Assembly (NCBI RefSeq): GCF_009914755.1
Contig: NC_060925.1
DNA from: the human T2T-CHM13v2.0 reference genome, Homo sapiens
Length of the DNA stretch: 64,000 nt
Strand: one strand, 5' to 3'
Shown one piece after another: positions 19,503 to 35,255 of this stretch (its first letter is position 1; the number at the start of each line of letters is the position of its first letter). The notes beneath the pieces were generated by a model. That model was not told the origin of the DNA and searched no databases. It saw only the letters and a list, made by a program, of their open reading frames with translations. Both the position numbers and the translations under genes were made by a program.

Positions 19503-21729
19503 GAAGTCTTGTACATCTTTTGTTAAATTTATACCTAAGTATTTTATTCATGTTGATGCTATTATGAATAGAATTGTTTTCTTAATTTTATTTTCAGAAT
19601 TCATTGCTAGTGTATATTTTATGAAATACAATTGATTTTTGGTTGGGTGCAGTGGCCCATGCCTGTAATCCCAGCACTTTGGGAGGCTGAGGTGGGCAGA
19701 TCACTTGAGGTCAGAAGTTTAAGACCACACCAGCCAACATGGTGAAACCTCGTCTCTATCAAAAATACAAAAATTAGCTGGGCATAGCGGCCCACACCTG
19801 TAATCCTAGCAACTCAGGTTCTGAGGTGGGAGAATCACTTGAACCCAGAAGGAGGAGGGTGAAATGGGCCGAGATTGTGCCACTGCACTGCAGCCTGGGT
19901 GACAGAGTGAGACTCCATCTCAGAAAGAAAAAAAATACAATTGATTTTTGTATGTAATCTTAAATTCTGCAACCTTATGTATCTTGTTGATTATTTCTAA
20001 TAGTTTTTAAGTGGATTCCTCAGGATTATCTATATACAGCATTATGTCATACCACTCACAAATAGAGATAGTTTTACTTCTTTCTTTTCAATCTTGATGA
20101 CTTTTGTTTCTTTTTCTTGTCCAAGTGCCCTGGATAGAACCGCTAGTACAATGTTGAGTATAAATGACAAAAGCAGACAACTTTGTCTTGTTCCTGATCT
20201 TGGTGGGAAAACATCTAATCTTTCATCATTAAATATGAAGTTAGATGTGAGTTTTTCATAGATGCCCCTTATCATGTGGAGGATATGCTCTTCCACCCAA
20301 AAAAGGCCAAATGCACTTTATTCTCAAGTGCACATGGACTATTCCCCAGGATACACCACATGTTAGGCATAAAACCAAGTGTCAATAAATTTACAAAGAT
20401 TGAACTCATACAATATATCTTCTCCAACCACAGTAGAATAAATTCAGAAATTAATTTCTAGTTTGTTGACTATTTTATCATGAAAAGGGGTTGGATTTTG
20501 TCAAATGCTTTTTCTGCACCTATTGAGATGTTCATGTAGTTTTGAGGTTTTACTCTATTGATAAAGTGCATTATGGTAATTGATTTTCAGATATTAAACT
20601 AACCTTGCATTCCTGGGATAAATTTCACTTGGTCAAAGTGTATAATTGATTTTATATGTTGCTGGATTCCGTTTATTATCTTGTTGAAGTTTTGCATCCA
20701 TATTCATAAGCAGTATTGATCTGTGGTTTTCTTGTCTTGTGATGTCTTTGTCTGGTTTTGATATCAGAGTAGTAATGGCCTCACAAAATGAGCTGGGAAG
20801 TGTTTACTTTTCTCCTATTTCTTGGAAGAGTTTGTGAAGAATTTGTATTAATTCTTTAAATGTTTGACAGAATTCACTAATGAAGCCATCTGGGCATGGG
20901 ATTTTCTTTGTGGATAGTATATTATTATTATTACTATTACTACTACTACTACTATTAATTCAATCTCTTTACTTGTTATATGTCTATTGAGATTATTTAT
21001 TTCTTTTTGAGTCTGTTTCAGCAGTTTGTGTCTTTTTTTTTTTTTTTTTTTTTTGAGACAAAGTCTCACTCTGTCACCAGGCTGGAGAGCAGTGGCGTGA
21101 TCTCAGCTCACTGCAACATCCGCCTCCTGGGTCCAAGCAATTCTCCTGCTTCAGCCTCCCGAGTAGCTAGGATTGCAGGCGCACACCACCATGCCCAGCT
21201 AATTTTTGTATTTTTCGTAGACCATGTTGGTCAGGATGGTCTTGATCTCTTGACCTCATGATCAGCCTGCCTCAGCCTCCCAAAGTGCTGGGATTACAGG
21301 CATGAGCCACTGCGCCCAGCCTAGTTTGTGTCTTTCTATCAATTTGTCCATTTCATCTGGAGTATCTAGTTTATTGACATACAACTATAGTCCTTTTTTT
21401 ATTTCTGTAAGGTCAGTAGTAATATCCCCACTTTCATTCTTAATCTTTATAATTTGAGTCTTTTCTTTTTAATCTGTCTAGTAAAGGTTTGTCAATTTTG
21501 TTGATCTTTTTAAAGAACTAACTTTTAGTTTTGTTAATTTTCTCTATTATTTTTCTATAGTGTATTTTGTTTATTTCTGCTTTAATTTTTATTATTGCCC
21601 TTTTTTACTTGCTTTGGATTTAATTTTCTTTTCTTTTTCTAGGTTTTTAAGGTGGAAGTTTGGGTTGTTGAATTGTGATCTTCCTTCTTGTTTTATGTAT
21701 GCCTTTAACAGCTATGAATTTCCCTCTAA

Positions 21730-21945
<216 letters not shown>

Positions 21946-22690
21946 TAGTAGAGACAGGGTTTCACTGTGTTAGCCAGGATGGTCTTGATCTCCTGACCTC
22001 ATGATCTGCCCGCCTTGGCCTCCCAAAGTGCTGGGATTGCGGGTGTGAGCCACCGCACCTGACCTTTTCCTGGATTTTATAAGTTTTGTCATGTTGTGAT
22101 TTTTTTTTCATTCCATTCAAAGTAATTTTTAATTTCCCTTGTGATTTCTATTTTTTGAGATAGCCTCTTTCTATGTTACCCATGCTGGTCTTGAACTCCT
22201 GCCCTCAAGTGATCCTCCTGCTTTGGCCTCTCAAGTAGCTGGGATTAGAGGCACACACCATTCTGCCCAGCTCCCTGGTGATTTCTTGTTTGACTAATTG
22301 GTTATTTAGGAGTGTGTTGTTTAATTTTCACATATTTATGAGTTTCCACATTCTTTTTGTTTTTGATTTCTAATTTCATTTTGTTACGGTTGAAGAACAT
22401 ATATTGTATGAGTTCAATCTTTGTAAGTTTATTGACACTTGTTTTATGGCCTAATATATGATCTATCCTCGGGAATAATCCATGTGCATCTAAGAAAAAT
22501 GTGCATTCTGCTGTTGTTGGGTGGAGTGTTCTACAGATGTCTATAGTGTTGTTTAATTCCTCTTTTTCTTTCTGATCTGTTTTCTAATTGTCAATTTTTG
22601 CATTTGTAATTTGAAGCTATCTCCAAAATCACTATTTCTTCCGCAAGCTCAAACTTGCTATTTAGCCCCTCTAGTGAATATTTTATTCTA

Positions 22691-23052
<362 letters not shown>

Positions 23053-23544
23053 CTATTGATATTTTATACCTGGTGACACATTACAGATACAGACATATTC
23101 TCATACTTTCCTATAGTATGTAGTATTCAGACATAGATTTTTTTCATTGTTTTGAACATATTTAAATAGTTGATTTAAAGTCTTTGCCTAGTAAGTCCAA
23201 TATGTGGCTTTTTTCAGAGGCAATTTCTATGTATTCCTTTTTTTCTTGTGAATACCTTTCTGTTTCACAATTTTTGGTTGAAATTAGACTTTTTAAAGCT
23301 ATAATGTGGTACCCTGAAAGTCAGACTCTTCCCCCCACTCCTGTGTTGTTGTTGTTACAGTTGTTTATTTATTCAGTGACTTCTCTGGATTAATTCTGTA
23401 AAGTCTATATTCTTTGTTGTATGTGGCTAATGAAGTCTCTAGTCAGCCATCTTAGTGGTCAGTTAATGATTGGCCAATGATTTCCTTTATTAACTAGAAG
23501 CAAAAAAGTCATCCCAGTCTTTACTGAGGGGTGCTGTGTGTGCT

Positions 23545-23570
23545 TGTGTGTGTGTGTGTGTGTGTGTGTG
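23545..23570. repeat. (TG)n microsatellite
   Basis: Seen directly. Confidence 0.95.
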
Positions 23571-24159
23571 TTGGGACACACCCTTTTTTTTTTTCTTTTT
23601 TTTTGAGACAGAGTCTCGCTCTGTCACCCAGGCTGGAGGACAGTGGCATGAACTTGGCTCACTGCAACCTCCACTACCAGGGTTCCAGTGATTCTCCTGC
23701 CTCAGCCTCCCAAGCAGCTGGGATTACAGGCACCTGCCCCCATGCCAGCTAATTTTTATATTTTTGGTACAGACAGGGTTTCATTATGTTGGCCAGACTG
23801 GTCTCAAACTCTTGACCTCGTGATCCGCCCACCTCAGCCTCCCAAAGTACTGAGATTACAGGTGTGAGACACCTCACCCAGCCTAGGAGACACCTTTAAC
23901 ACTCAGCCAGGTAGTGTCCATCTACACCTTAACCTTCACTTCCTACTTGCACAGAAAATCAAAATCAGCCACAAGTGAGAGCTTAGAGCTTTCCCATTCT
24001 ATCCTAAGCACACACACAGCCTTACACATGTGTGTCACCTTGCAGATTTCCAGGAATATGGCAGGATTCTTTGAGGCTCCTGTGAACATCTAATTTCCCA
24101 GCTTTTCCTTTTAAGCCTTTTAGTTAGTCTGAGTTTGTGGGGGGTGGAAGGGAAGTTCT

Positions 24160-24162
<3 letters not shown>

Positions 24163-24209
<47 letters not shown>
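24163..24209. repeat. (TG)~23 microsatellite
   Basis: Uninterrupted TG run, probably length-polymorphic. Confidence 0.97.
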
Positions 24210-24212
<3 letters not shown>

Positions 24213-24779
24213 AACTGTTATTCATTGCTTCAGGCAGCCATGAAGTTAAAACATTTGCCTTTAATTGTTTTCACACACATTTCTTCCTACCCCAGGAGGA
24301 AGGCTGTTCACAATGGGCTAGCTTCAAGCCAGCCTTGTAACTGGGGTCTTCCGAGGAACTACCAGACAAGCCAAATAATGACAATTTCCTTAAGCACAGG
24401 TCTTTGGAAGCGTTCCACCTCTATTTGCCTCCTCTGGTGGCTGCCAAGAGGACTTCCTAAGAGGGAATGCAAGCTGTTATTTTTCAAGGCTACTGCCAAG
24501 CTGATGAGTGGGGAATGAGACTAGGGCAAGTTAAAATGGCACAAAGTTTGCTGTTCTTACTGAGATTCAACTTTCGTTTCTTCTAAGTACACTGTCCCCA
24601 AGTAGCTGCAAGCCTTTGGTTAATTTTCAGAATTTTGAAAAAGTTGATTCTACCCATTTTTTGCCAGTTTTTATTGTTGTTATCATTTCTATTGCTGCTT
24701 ATGGGGCCTCAAGGGGTAAAGTTTTGGAGGGTCTTTTGGAGGCCGTTTTCCCAATCTGCTTTTAATCCTGTCCAGTGAG

Positions 24780-24920
24780 TATTTATTTATTTATTTATTG
24801 AGACAGAGTCTTGCTTCTCACTATGTTGCCCAGTCTGGACTTGAACTCCTAGGCTCAAACAGTCCTCCTTCCTCAGCCTCCAGGGTAGCTAGGACTGTAA
24901 GCGTGCACCACCATGCCCAG
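24780..24920 (-). mobile_element. FLAM-type Alu monomer
   Basis: Single Alu arm with a (TTTA)n tail. Confidence 0.75.
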
Positions 24921-24928
24921 TGCCAATG

Positions 24929-25364
24929 TGTCGCTGATGGTTTCTACAGGAGTAAACGAAGGGGGATGAACACAGAAATAAAGACAAATACAAGAGGATC
25001 TATTTTAAAAGAAGGGGTCAGGGGGCTCCTTGCTTCTCGTGAGCAAAGTCAGCCCTGAGCTTCCACAGCCCTTCATATTTACTAGGTGGAAAGAGCAGGG
25101 AGGGAGAGGTAAGAGTTGATCAGTTGCTTGATTTATCACAGGTATACATAATTTTTTTTTGTACAACAGGCTTCAGATTTCCTATAGATAATCACAAGGA
25201 ACACTGTGCCAGGGACGTGACTGCCCTCAGCATCCCTTCTGGCAGCAGACGCAGTTGTCAGTTTTCCAACATCCTGCTTTCATGAGAACAGTTTTCTGTT
25301 TACTCATATAGCCTCCAGTGGTATACTGAGTTGGTCATGACCCCCATTTTCTTGGCCTGTAACA
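24929..25364 (-). mobile_element. LTR3-family (HERV-K HML-6) solo LTR, 436 bp
   Basis: TG...CA ends; perfect 6-bp TSD CCAATG (24923-24928 and 25365-25370), typical of ERVK; - strand CAACTCAGTATACCACTGGAGGCTATATGAGTAAACAG matches recalled LTR3. Confidence 0.82.
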
Positions 25365-25424
25365 CCAATGAGTGTTTTTAGTTTAGTTAGCATGTTTTTT
25401 AGTACAAGAATTTTCATTAGGGTG

Positions 25425-25688
25425 TTTTGTTTTGTTTTTGAGACAAGGGTCTCACTCTGCTGCCCAGGCTCGAGTTCAGTGGTGTAATTATAGCTCACTG
25501 CAGCCTCAACCCCCTGGGCTCAAGTGATCCTCTCACCTCAGTCTCTTGAGTAGCTGGAACTATAGGCATATGCCACCACACCTGGCTAATTTTTTAATTT
25601 TTTGTAGAAATGAGGTCTAACTATGTTTCCCAGGCTGGTCTCAAAATCTCAGGCTGGGATTACAGACATGAGCCACTGTACCAGGCCA
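25425..25688 (-). mobile_element. AluJ with an internal deletion
   Basis: Alu arms with J diagnostics. Confidence 0.85.
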
Positions 25689-27179
25689 GGCTTTTTTTTT
25701 TTTAATAAAATACCTTTATTCAAACATAATTTATATACTATACAGTTCACCAGTTAAAGTGTACAATTCAATTCACATTTAGAGTTGCGGTATAACACAG
25801 AGTTGTAGTTTTTTTTTAACCATTTTTATATCTCTATTGAAATTCTCCATCTCTTAACGCATTATTTTTAACTTTTCTTATGGGATCTTTAACATATTTA
25901 TCACTTATCTTGCCTGCTAATTCCAACACTGGATTATCTGTTTCTATTATCTTATTTTTTTCTTAACTAAGAGTCATGTTTTCCTGTTTCTCCACATGTC
26001 TGATAATGTATTATTGCATACAGGACGTTGCAGGTAAAACATTGTAGAGATTCTGGATTCTATTACCCGCCTTCAGACAGAGTGGAGTTTTGTTCTAGCA
26101 GACAGTTAGATTACTAGCATATCACCCGGAACTAGTGGAGGCTTGGTTTTCACACTTTATTAGAATGCATTTATTTTAGTTTTGTCCTCATTCCTAGCGA
26201 GAATCTCTTGGATCTGGACATGGTCCCCCTGGGATGTCAACAGAAAGCCCGAGGTGTTTACCAAGCTTGCCTAACATAATGAGACTCAAACTCCAAACAC
26301 TGTTTGCCCTGAAGTGCACAAGTACAGACATCTCTACTCAGCAATTTCAGGCTTCCAGCTGTTATTTTCCCCTAATCTCTTTGGAATCTTCACTCATGTA
26401 GGTTAGGGGTCAGCCGCAGATTTGAGAAAAATGTGCACATAGATTCGGTGCTCTGCTTAGCTCCCTCCTGTCTGGTTCTCCCTCCTCAATTTCCTGCTGC
26501 TCCAGCAGCCTCCAACTCTGTCTTCCGACTCCTCAGTCTCCTCAGGCCGCAGCTTCTATTTGTTCTGTGTCCCCACATTCCACAAGAACCGGGAGGTGCT
26601 CTCCAAAGAGAAGCCATAGAAATGTGGCTCTCACCCAGCATGGTTCCTTTCTTTTAAGAATTAAATCCCATCAAGTTTATGCCTGTTTTTTGGGGGGTTT
26701 GTTTGCTTGTTTGTTTGTTTGTTTGTTTTTGTCATTCTCCAGCAGCTTCAAACCATTTTTAAAAATATTTAGATCAGAGTTTATCATTGTTATCTTAAAG
26801 AGGACTAGTCTGATATAAGCCACTCTGCCAATACCAAAAGTTAAGACCTTGTTCCAGAACTGTTACCCTTGTAATATGTTATTAGGTATTCATTACCCAT
26901 TTTATTGTACAAGTAATAAATACTTATATGTTTAAAAATTGCCAAATGATACAGAAATATACAAAAGAAAAGTTAATTTTTAAGTAATTAAAAAATTAAT
27001 CACTTTAATTATTCCCATCCCACTCCCCTCTCCATGATAATTTGGCATGTGTCTTTACAGACACACACAGACACATATATGGCTTTTACATGAATGGTAT
27101 GGTTTTATGTGTATTATTTAGTAATCTACTTTGTTTTCACTTAGTATGTTTTTTAGAGATTTTCTGTGAGTACACATTT

Positions 27180-27675
27180 ATTCTTTCATTAGGTATTCAT
27201 AGAGCACTTGCTATGTATCAGGCACTGTTCTAAGTCCTGGAGATAAATCAGTGAACCAAACTTACAAAAAAACTTGCCTTCATGGAGGTTATAGTCTAGC
27301 CAGGGTGGGAGGAGGTGAATCAGAAATAAACAATTAACAAAATAAATAAGGTGTTGTGTGCCGTGGAGAAAAATTAAGTGGGAAAGGCAATAGGATTGCT
27401 AACTATCTGGGAAGAGAAGGTGTTTGCAAATTATTTAAAGAGTGAACAAGGAAGTTGACGTTTGAGTGGCTCAGAAGAAGTGAGGTGGTATGAGAAAAGA
27501 ACTCTCCAGGCACTGGGAACAGCAGGAGGGAGGACTTGGCGGCGTCTGCCAGTCTGTTTGGGGGAGCAGTCAAGAGGCCAGTGTGTGTGATGTGGAGTGA
27601 GCAGGTGCCGTAAGAGATAAGGTCAGATTGCTGTAGAGGCCCAAGTGGCGCCGCGCCTTGGAGGCCACTGTAGTT
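27180..27675 (-). mobile_element. L2 3' fragment
   Basis: GAGCACTTGCTATGTATCAGGCACTGTTCTAAG...CTTGCCTTCATGGAGGTTATAGTCTAG is a typical L2 3' end. Confidence 0.7.
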
Positions 27676-28974
27676 TCCTGTCTCTACATGTCATTCCATG
27701 GAAATGGGTTAGCTGGATCCCCTTTCACTTCAGCTGGCACCACAGGGTGTTCCTGTTGAGCCCTGGCCCCCACAGTTCCATGAATGTGTCTCTGCTCTGT
27801 GCTCCCTTGCTGGCCTGAGTCTTTCTTAGCTGTGCTGCAACTTAGCTATAGAGTCTCAAAACAGCTTTCCCTATGATCTCTTGGATACTTGCTTTGAGTC
27901 CAGATTCTACCTTCATGGTGATTTCCCCACTGGAAACCACGGTATGTTCTCCTGCCAGCAGACCTACTTCAGGATCACGCTCCCCCTGATCAGGTCTCTC
28001 CCCAATCCCAAATATCAGAGAAGAGGGGCCAAGATGACCATCCACTCCTTCCCGGGAGGCCTTGGCCTTCTTTGCAAATCCATTCACCTTCTCCTCAAAA
28101 ACCAAGTCTACATATTGAAGACATATGTAAAAATCCTGCTTTTATGAAGCCATAAAAGGCTCCATTTCACCATTCTCTTAGGGCAAGGAGTCCCTATCTA
28201 ATATACACTGCCATAAATAACGGATACCACTAAAGTTATCCTACCCTGAAAGGAAGAGATCTGTTTCAAGGTGAAACATTCAATCTATATAAGCAGAGAA
28301 GAGGGGCAGCCCCTTGGCACTCTCTTACATACGGATGTACTATAATTTAATTGGTCGTTCCTCTACTTTTGGATATTTCTTTTCCTCCTTTTTTATTATT
28401 ATAAATAATTCTGCAATGAATATCTTGGCATGAGTGCAAAATATTTCTTTAGATTAGATTCTTGAAAGCAGAATATTGGGTCAAAAGACATAAGCATTTA
28501 AATTTAAAACATTCCCAAATTGCCCTACAAAAATGCTTTACCAATTTTTATTCCAATAGGAATGTCTGTTTCCCCCCTCCATCACCATCACTAAATATTA
28601 AGAATCATTTTTCACCTTTGATATTAGTATTGTTTCAATTTCCATATCTCTGGTTGCTAGTGAGGTGGAACTTTTTTTATGTTTATTGGCTGTTTTTCTT
28701 TTTCTGTAAACTGACTATTCATAACCTTTGCTTTCTATTGGATCATTTGTCATTTCCTTATCTTGCACATGTTGTTTTAAGTTTATTCCTAGGTATTTTG
28801 AAGTTGTTGTAAATGATTACTACAGATGAATAGAAAAGCTATTGAGTTTTAGTACATCAGTCTTATTTCTGGCATTCTTCCTGAACATTTTTCTTGATTT
28901 TAATAGTTTTACAATTGATTATCTTTTTTGCCTAGGGAGACTATTGTATCATTTGCAATAATGGTTTATTGTGA

Positions 28975-29667
<693 letters not shown>

Positions 29668-29816
29668 TGACCATGCTTTCTGGTTTCCTTTTTCATTGCC
29701 TGCCTGTTGAGGCTTGGTAGCATTTCTTTGTTCCTTTCGTGGTCTAGAAGTTCTGTGTTCTGTTGCTATGCTTCTTGTGGCTGCCCTTGCATATTTTGTT
29801 AAATACTGAAACAAAT

Positions 29817-30080
29817 TTTTCTGTCAATATCAGGAATCCAATCAATTCATAACCTCCCCTAAACAAAATAAAAATCATTAATACACTTGAACCCAACTTC
29901 CCAGGCCTCATTTCCCTTGTTTTATTAAAATCATTTGAGATCTTAGTACCAGATTGGGTTTTTTAAAATCTTTTTTCACATTGTGTCTCTATTACTTAGG
30001 GATACTTTATTTTTTGCTCTTTGCTATATAGAAGTTCTATGATTTCTTTTGTCATCTCCCGTGATTTAAAAGATAGTAAT
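29817..30080 (+). repeat. Old direct duplication, copy A
   Basis: Aligns with 31586-31720 plus 32050-32172. Confidence 0.9.
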
Positions 30081-30634
30081 CCTGTTTTTAATTTTACTAC
30101 TGATCGACTTTTATATTCCTGAAATTTCTCTGATGATGAAAGGTAAAAACAATCTATATCTCCTAACTCCTTTACTTGACGTCAAATGAAGGTTTTAGTG
30201 TACCTTTACCTGCCTTGCCCACTTCTCACTCATTTCCCAGTCTTTTAAAATTTACTGTGGGCTTATAAATCCAACTAGCATTATAATTATGTGCATCTTT
30301 TTTAAGAATAGATTTTTTGTTCAATTCTTGATTTACTTCGTTGGTTTTAATGCTTGCAACCAGTCTTCTATATTACAACGTTCCTATTTCCAAGATTTAA
30401 TTTTTATTTATCTCTCAGGTAGCTGAAGTTTGTCTTCAAGTTGTTTACTTAGGGAGAACACCTTTCTACATCATTCTTCATAAACCTGGATGATATTTCT
30501 GTTGTTTTCGCACAACAATGACAACTTGTTGGGTACAAAATTTTTGTGACCATCTTTTTTACTCAAAACTATAACCATTGCTGTCTATCTTCCGGTGTTT
30601 AGAAATGACAAGGCAAAACCTAAGGCCAGCCTAA

Positions 30635-31327
<693 letters not shown>

Positions 31328-31585
31328 CTGAAAAGATTCTTTTCAGTAAGGATAGGTCCTGGTATATAATTCTGTATACATTTTCTCTGGAACTTATTGA
31401 TTGGCTTGCCCAATCATTTCCAGCTCTGGAAATCACTTCCTCTTGGGTATGTGACTATTACGTCCGTTTGCTTGGTTGTCATGATCACAAATATCTCTTG
31501 GCTGTGCCCTCCTCTCCATCAGCTCCCACCAGAGGAACGCAACAGCCTTCAGATGGATCTCTCTGCTTTCCTTCAGCCCACTTCC

Positions 31586-32172
<587 letters not shown>

Positions 32173-32214
32173 TTTCTCCACTTCCATTCATGACTTTTGA
32201 GGGCAAAGCCCCTG

Positions 32215-32870
32215 AAGGCTTCACTCACTGCTGCGAATGTTGGCTGTCTACAGCTCTCAGAATATGACCCAAACTCCTTAGCGTGGCCATGGCAGCCTCT
32301 GGCGAGTGTCCCCAGTGGCCTCACCGGCCATGACACTCCTCCCTGCTGCCTGTGATGCAGCTGCACTGGCCTCCGCTTGCTCCTTCACAGATGTCTGTTC
32401 CCTCCTGCCTTCTCTTCACTTTCTATTCCTTCTGCCTTCATGGTCTGGCCAACCCCTCAGGGTTGTTTAGATGTCAGCTGAAACATTGCTTCCTCAGGAA
32501 AACTCTCCCTAACTCCTCCACTTTGTGTTCTGTTACAGCTCCCTAAACTTTGTCTGTCATTCATTTTTCCCCATAAGTATTTACTGAGTGCCTACTATGT
32601 GCCAGGCACCATTCTAGACATCAGGGATACTGCCAGGAACAAAAGAGACGAAGGTTTCTGCCCTCATGGAGCTTAATTTCACAGATGCTCCTTCATAGCA
32701 TTTCTCAGACTTATTATTTAAACTACTTGATTGTGGAATTGTTTTTGTTCTGTCTCCCCTACAAAACAGTAAGCTCTATGAGGGCAGGGATCAAATCCAC
32801 TTGTTGACTCCTGAAGCTCTAGGATATAATATCATGCCTGGTATATAATAGACGTTTGAGGGGTGAATTC
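32215..32870. mobile_element. L2 fragments (both orientations)
   Basis: TATTTACTGAGTGCCTACTATGTGCCAGGCACC and GTAAGCTCTATGAGGGCAGGGA are L2 3' motifs. Confidence 0.7.
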
Positions 32871-33456
32871 ATGCTATTTGTGGAAGTCAGGACTCTTTCA
32901 TGTTGCAATCCATCTCAAACTAGCTACAGCAAAGGAAAAAAAAAGAACAAGGGGAAGATTTATCAGCTCACTAGCTGGGAAGGCTGTGGGCAGTTCTAGC
33001 ATCCTGCACAGCTGGGCCCAGAGACTTGTTCAGTGCCAACAGGGCTCCCTCTGCTCCCCTGCGTGTGCTGATCTTATTTTCTCCAGCTCTAGATGGATTT
33101 CCTCCATGTTGCCAGGGGAGATGGGTACTGACAGTTCCAAATTCACATATTCTCAGCTTAGCAACACCAGGAAAAGAAAAGAAAAGCAAAGCACTTGTTT
33201 CTCTAGGCATCTGTATATACGCAGGGCCCAGACACCTGGGGACTGGTCCGGCTTACATCCCCTACCCCTTTTGCTCTGTCCAAAAGAAAAAAGCATTCTG
33301 ATTGGCCAGGTCCGGGTGGTCCACCTCTCTCTGAGGGTCTGGGGAAGTCAGGTAGACAGGGCACCACAGTTGACCTTTGCCCCAGGATGTCTCAGAGTTC
33401 AGGAGGTATTCCCCAAAGGAATAACAGGTATTACCAACAAGAAGAAAGAAGTGTGC

Positions 33457-35255
33457 TCTCCCTCTCCCTCTCCCTCCCCGTCACCCTCTCCCTCCCCCCT
33501 CCCCTCTCCCCTCTCCCCTCTCCCTTCTCCCCTCTCCCCTCTCCCCTCTCCCTCTCGGTCTCCCTCTCCCTCTCTTTCCACGGTCTCCCTCTGATGCCGA
33601 GCCGAAGCTGGACTGCACTGCTGCCATCTCGGCTCACTGCAACCTCCCTGCCTGATTCTCCTGCCTCAGCCTGCCGAGTGCCTGCGATTGCAGGCGCGCA
33701 CCACCACGCCTGACTGGTTTTCGTACTTTTTTGGTGGAGACGGGGTTTCGCTGTGTTGGCCAGGCTGGTCTCCAGCTCCTAACCGCGAGTGATCCGCCAG
33801 CCTTGGCCTCCCGAGGTGCCGGGATTGCAGACGGAGTCTGGTTCACTCAGTGCTCAATGGTGCCCAGGCTGGAGTGCAGTGGCGTGATCTCAGCTCGCTA
33901 CAACCTCCATCTCCCAGCCGCCTGCCTTGGCCTCCCAAAGTGCCGAGATTGCAGCCTCTGCCCGACCGCCACCCCGTCTGGGACGTGAGGAGCCCCTCTG
34001 CCTGGCTGCCCAGTCTGGAAAGTAAGGAGCGTCTCTGCCCGGCCGCCATCCCATCTAGGAAGTGAGGAGCGCCTCTTCCCGGCAGCCATCCCATCTGGGA
34101 AGTGAGGAGCGTCTCTGCCCGGCCGCCCATCGTCTGAGATGTGGGGAGCGCCTCTGCCCCGCCGCCCCGTCTGGGATGTGAGGAGCGCCTCTGGCCGGCC
34201 GCGACCCCGTCTGGGAGGTGAGGAGCGTCTCTGCCCAGCCGCCCCGTCTGAGAAGTGAGGAGACCCTCCTCCCAGCATCCGCCCCGTCTGAGAAGTGAGG
34301 AGCCCCTTCACCCGGCAGCCGCCCCGTCTGAGAAGTGAGGAGCCCCTCTGCCCGGCAGCCACCCCGTCTGGGAGGGAGGTGGGGGGGTCAGCCCCCCGCC
34401 CGGCCAGCCGCCCCGTCCGGGAGGTGAGGGGCGCCTCTGCCCGGCCGCCCCTACTGGGAAGTGAGGAGCCCCTCTGCCCGGCCAGCCGCCCCGTCCGGGA
34501 GGGAGGTGGGGGGTCAGCCCCCCGCCCGGCCAGACGCCCCGTCCGGGAGGGAGGTGGGGGGTCAGCCCCCCGCCCGGCCAGCCGCCCTGTCCGGGAGGGA
34601 GGTGGGGGGGTCAGCCCCCCGCCCGGCCAGCTGCCCCGTCCGGGAGGTGAGGGGCGCCTCTGCCCGGCCACCCCTACTAGGAAGTGAGGAGCCCCTCTGC
34701 CCGGCCACCACCCCGTCTGGGAGGTGTACCCAACAGCTCATTGAGAACGGGCCGGGATGACAATGGCGGTTTTGTGGAATGGAAAGGGGGGAAAGGTGGG
34801 GAAAAGATTGAGAAATCGGATGGTTGTGTCTGTGTAGAAAGAAGTAGACATGGGAGACTTTTCATTTTGTTCTGTACTAAGATAAATTCTTCTGCCTTGG
34901 GATCCTGTTGATCGGTGACCTTACCCCCAACCCTGTGCTCTCTGAAACATGTGCTGTGTCCACTCAGGGTTAAATGGATTAAGGGCGGTGCAAGATGTGC
35001 TTTGTTAAACAGATGCTTGAAGGCAGCATGCTCGTTAAGAATCATCACCACTCCCTAATCTCAAGTACCCAGGGACACAAACACTGCGGAAGGCCGCAGG
35101 GTCCTCTGCCTAGGAAAACCAGAGACCTTTGTTCACTTGTTTATCTGCCGACCTTCCCTCCACTATTGTCCTATGACCCTGCCAAATCCCCCTCTGCGAG
35201 AAACACCCAAGAATGATCAATAAAAAAAATAAAAATTAAAAAAAAAAAAAAAAAG
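33457..35255 (+). mobile_element. Full-length SVA retrotransposon (SVA_D-like)
   Basis: (CCCTCT)n head to ~33577, Alu-like domain to ~33960, GC-rich VNTR to ~34725, SINE-R, AATAAA 35219-35224, poly-A; perfect 18-bp TSD AAGAAGAAAGAAGTGTGC at 33439-33456 and 35256-35273. Confidence 0.98.

Noticed and set aside
27842-28147. 87-88 aa ORFs in unassigned sequence
   Set aside because: No recognisable domain, no ATG start or splice context; short enough to be chance.
32863-33594. 243-aa ORF ending in (SP)n
   Set aside because: Runs from old repeat sequence into the SVA hexamer head; non-ATG start; low-complexity artefact.
33898-34760. 257-aa repetitive ORF and a CRISPR-like array of repeated units
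   Set aside because: This is the SVA VNTR: no unique spacers, eukaryotic context, no cas genes.
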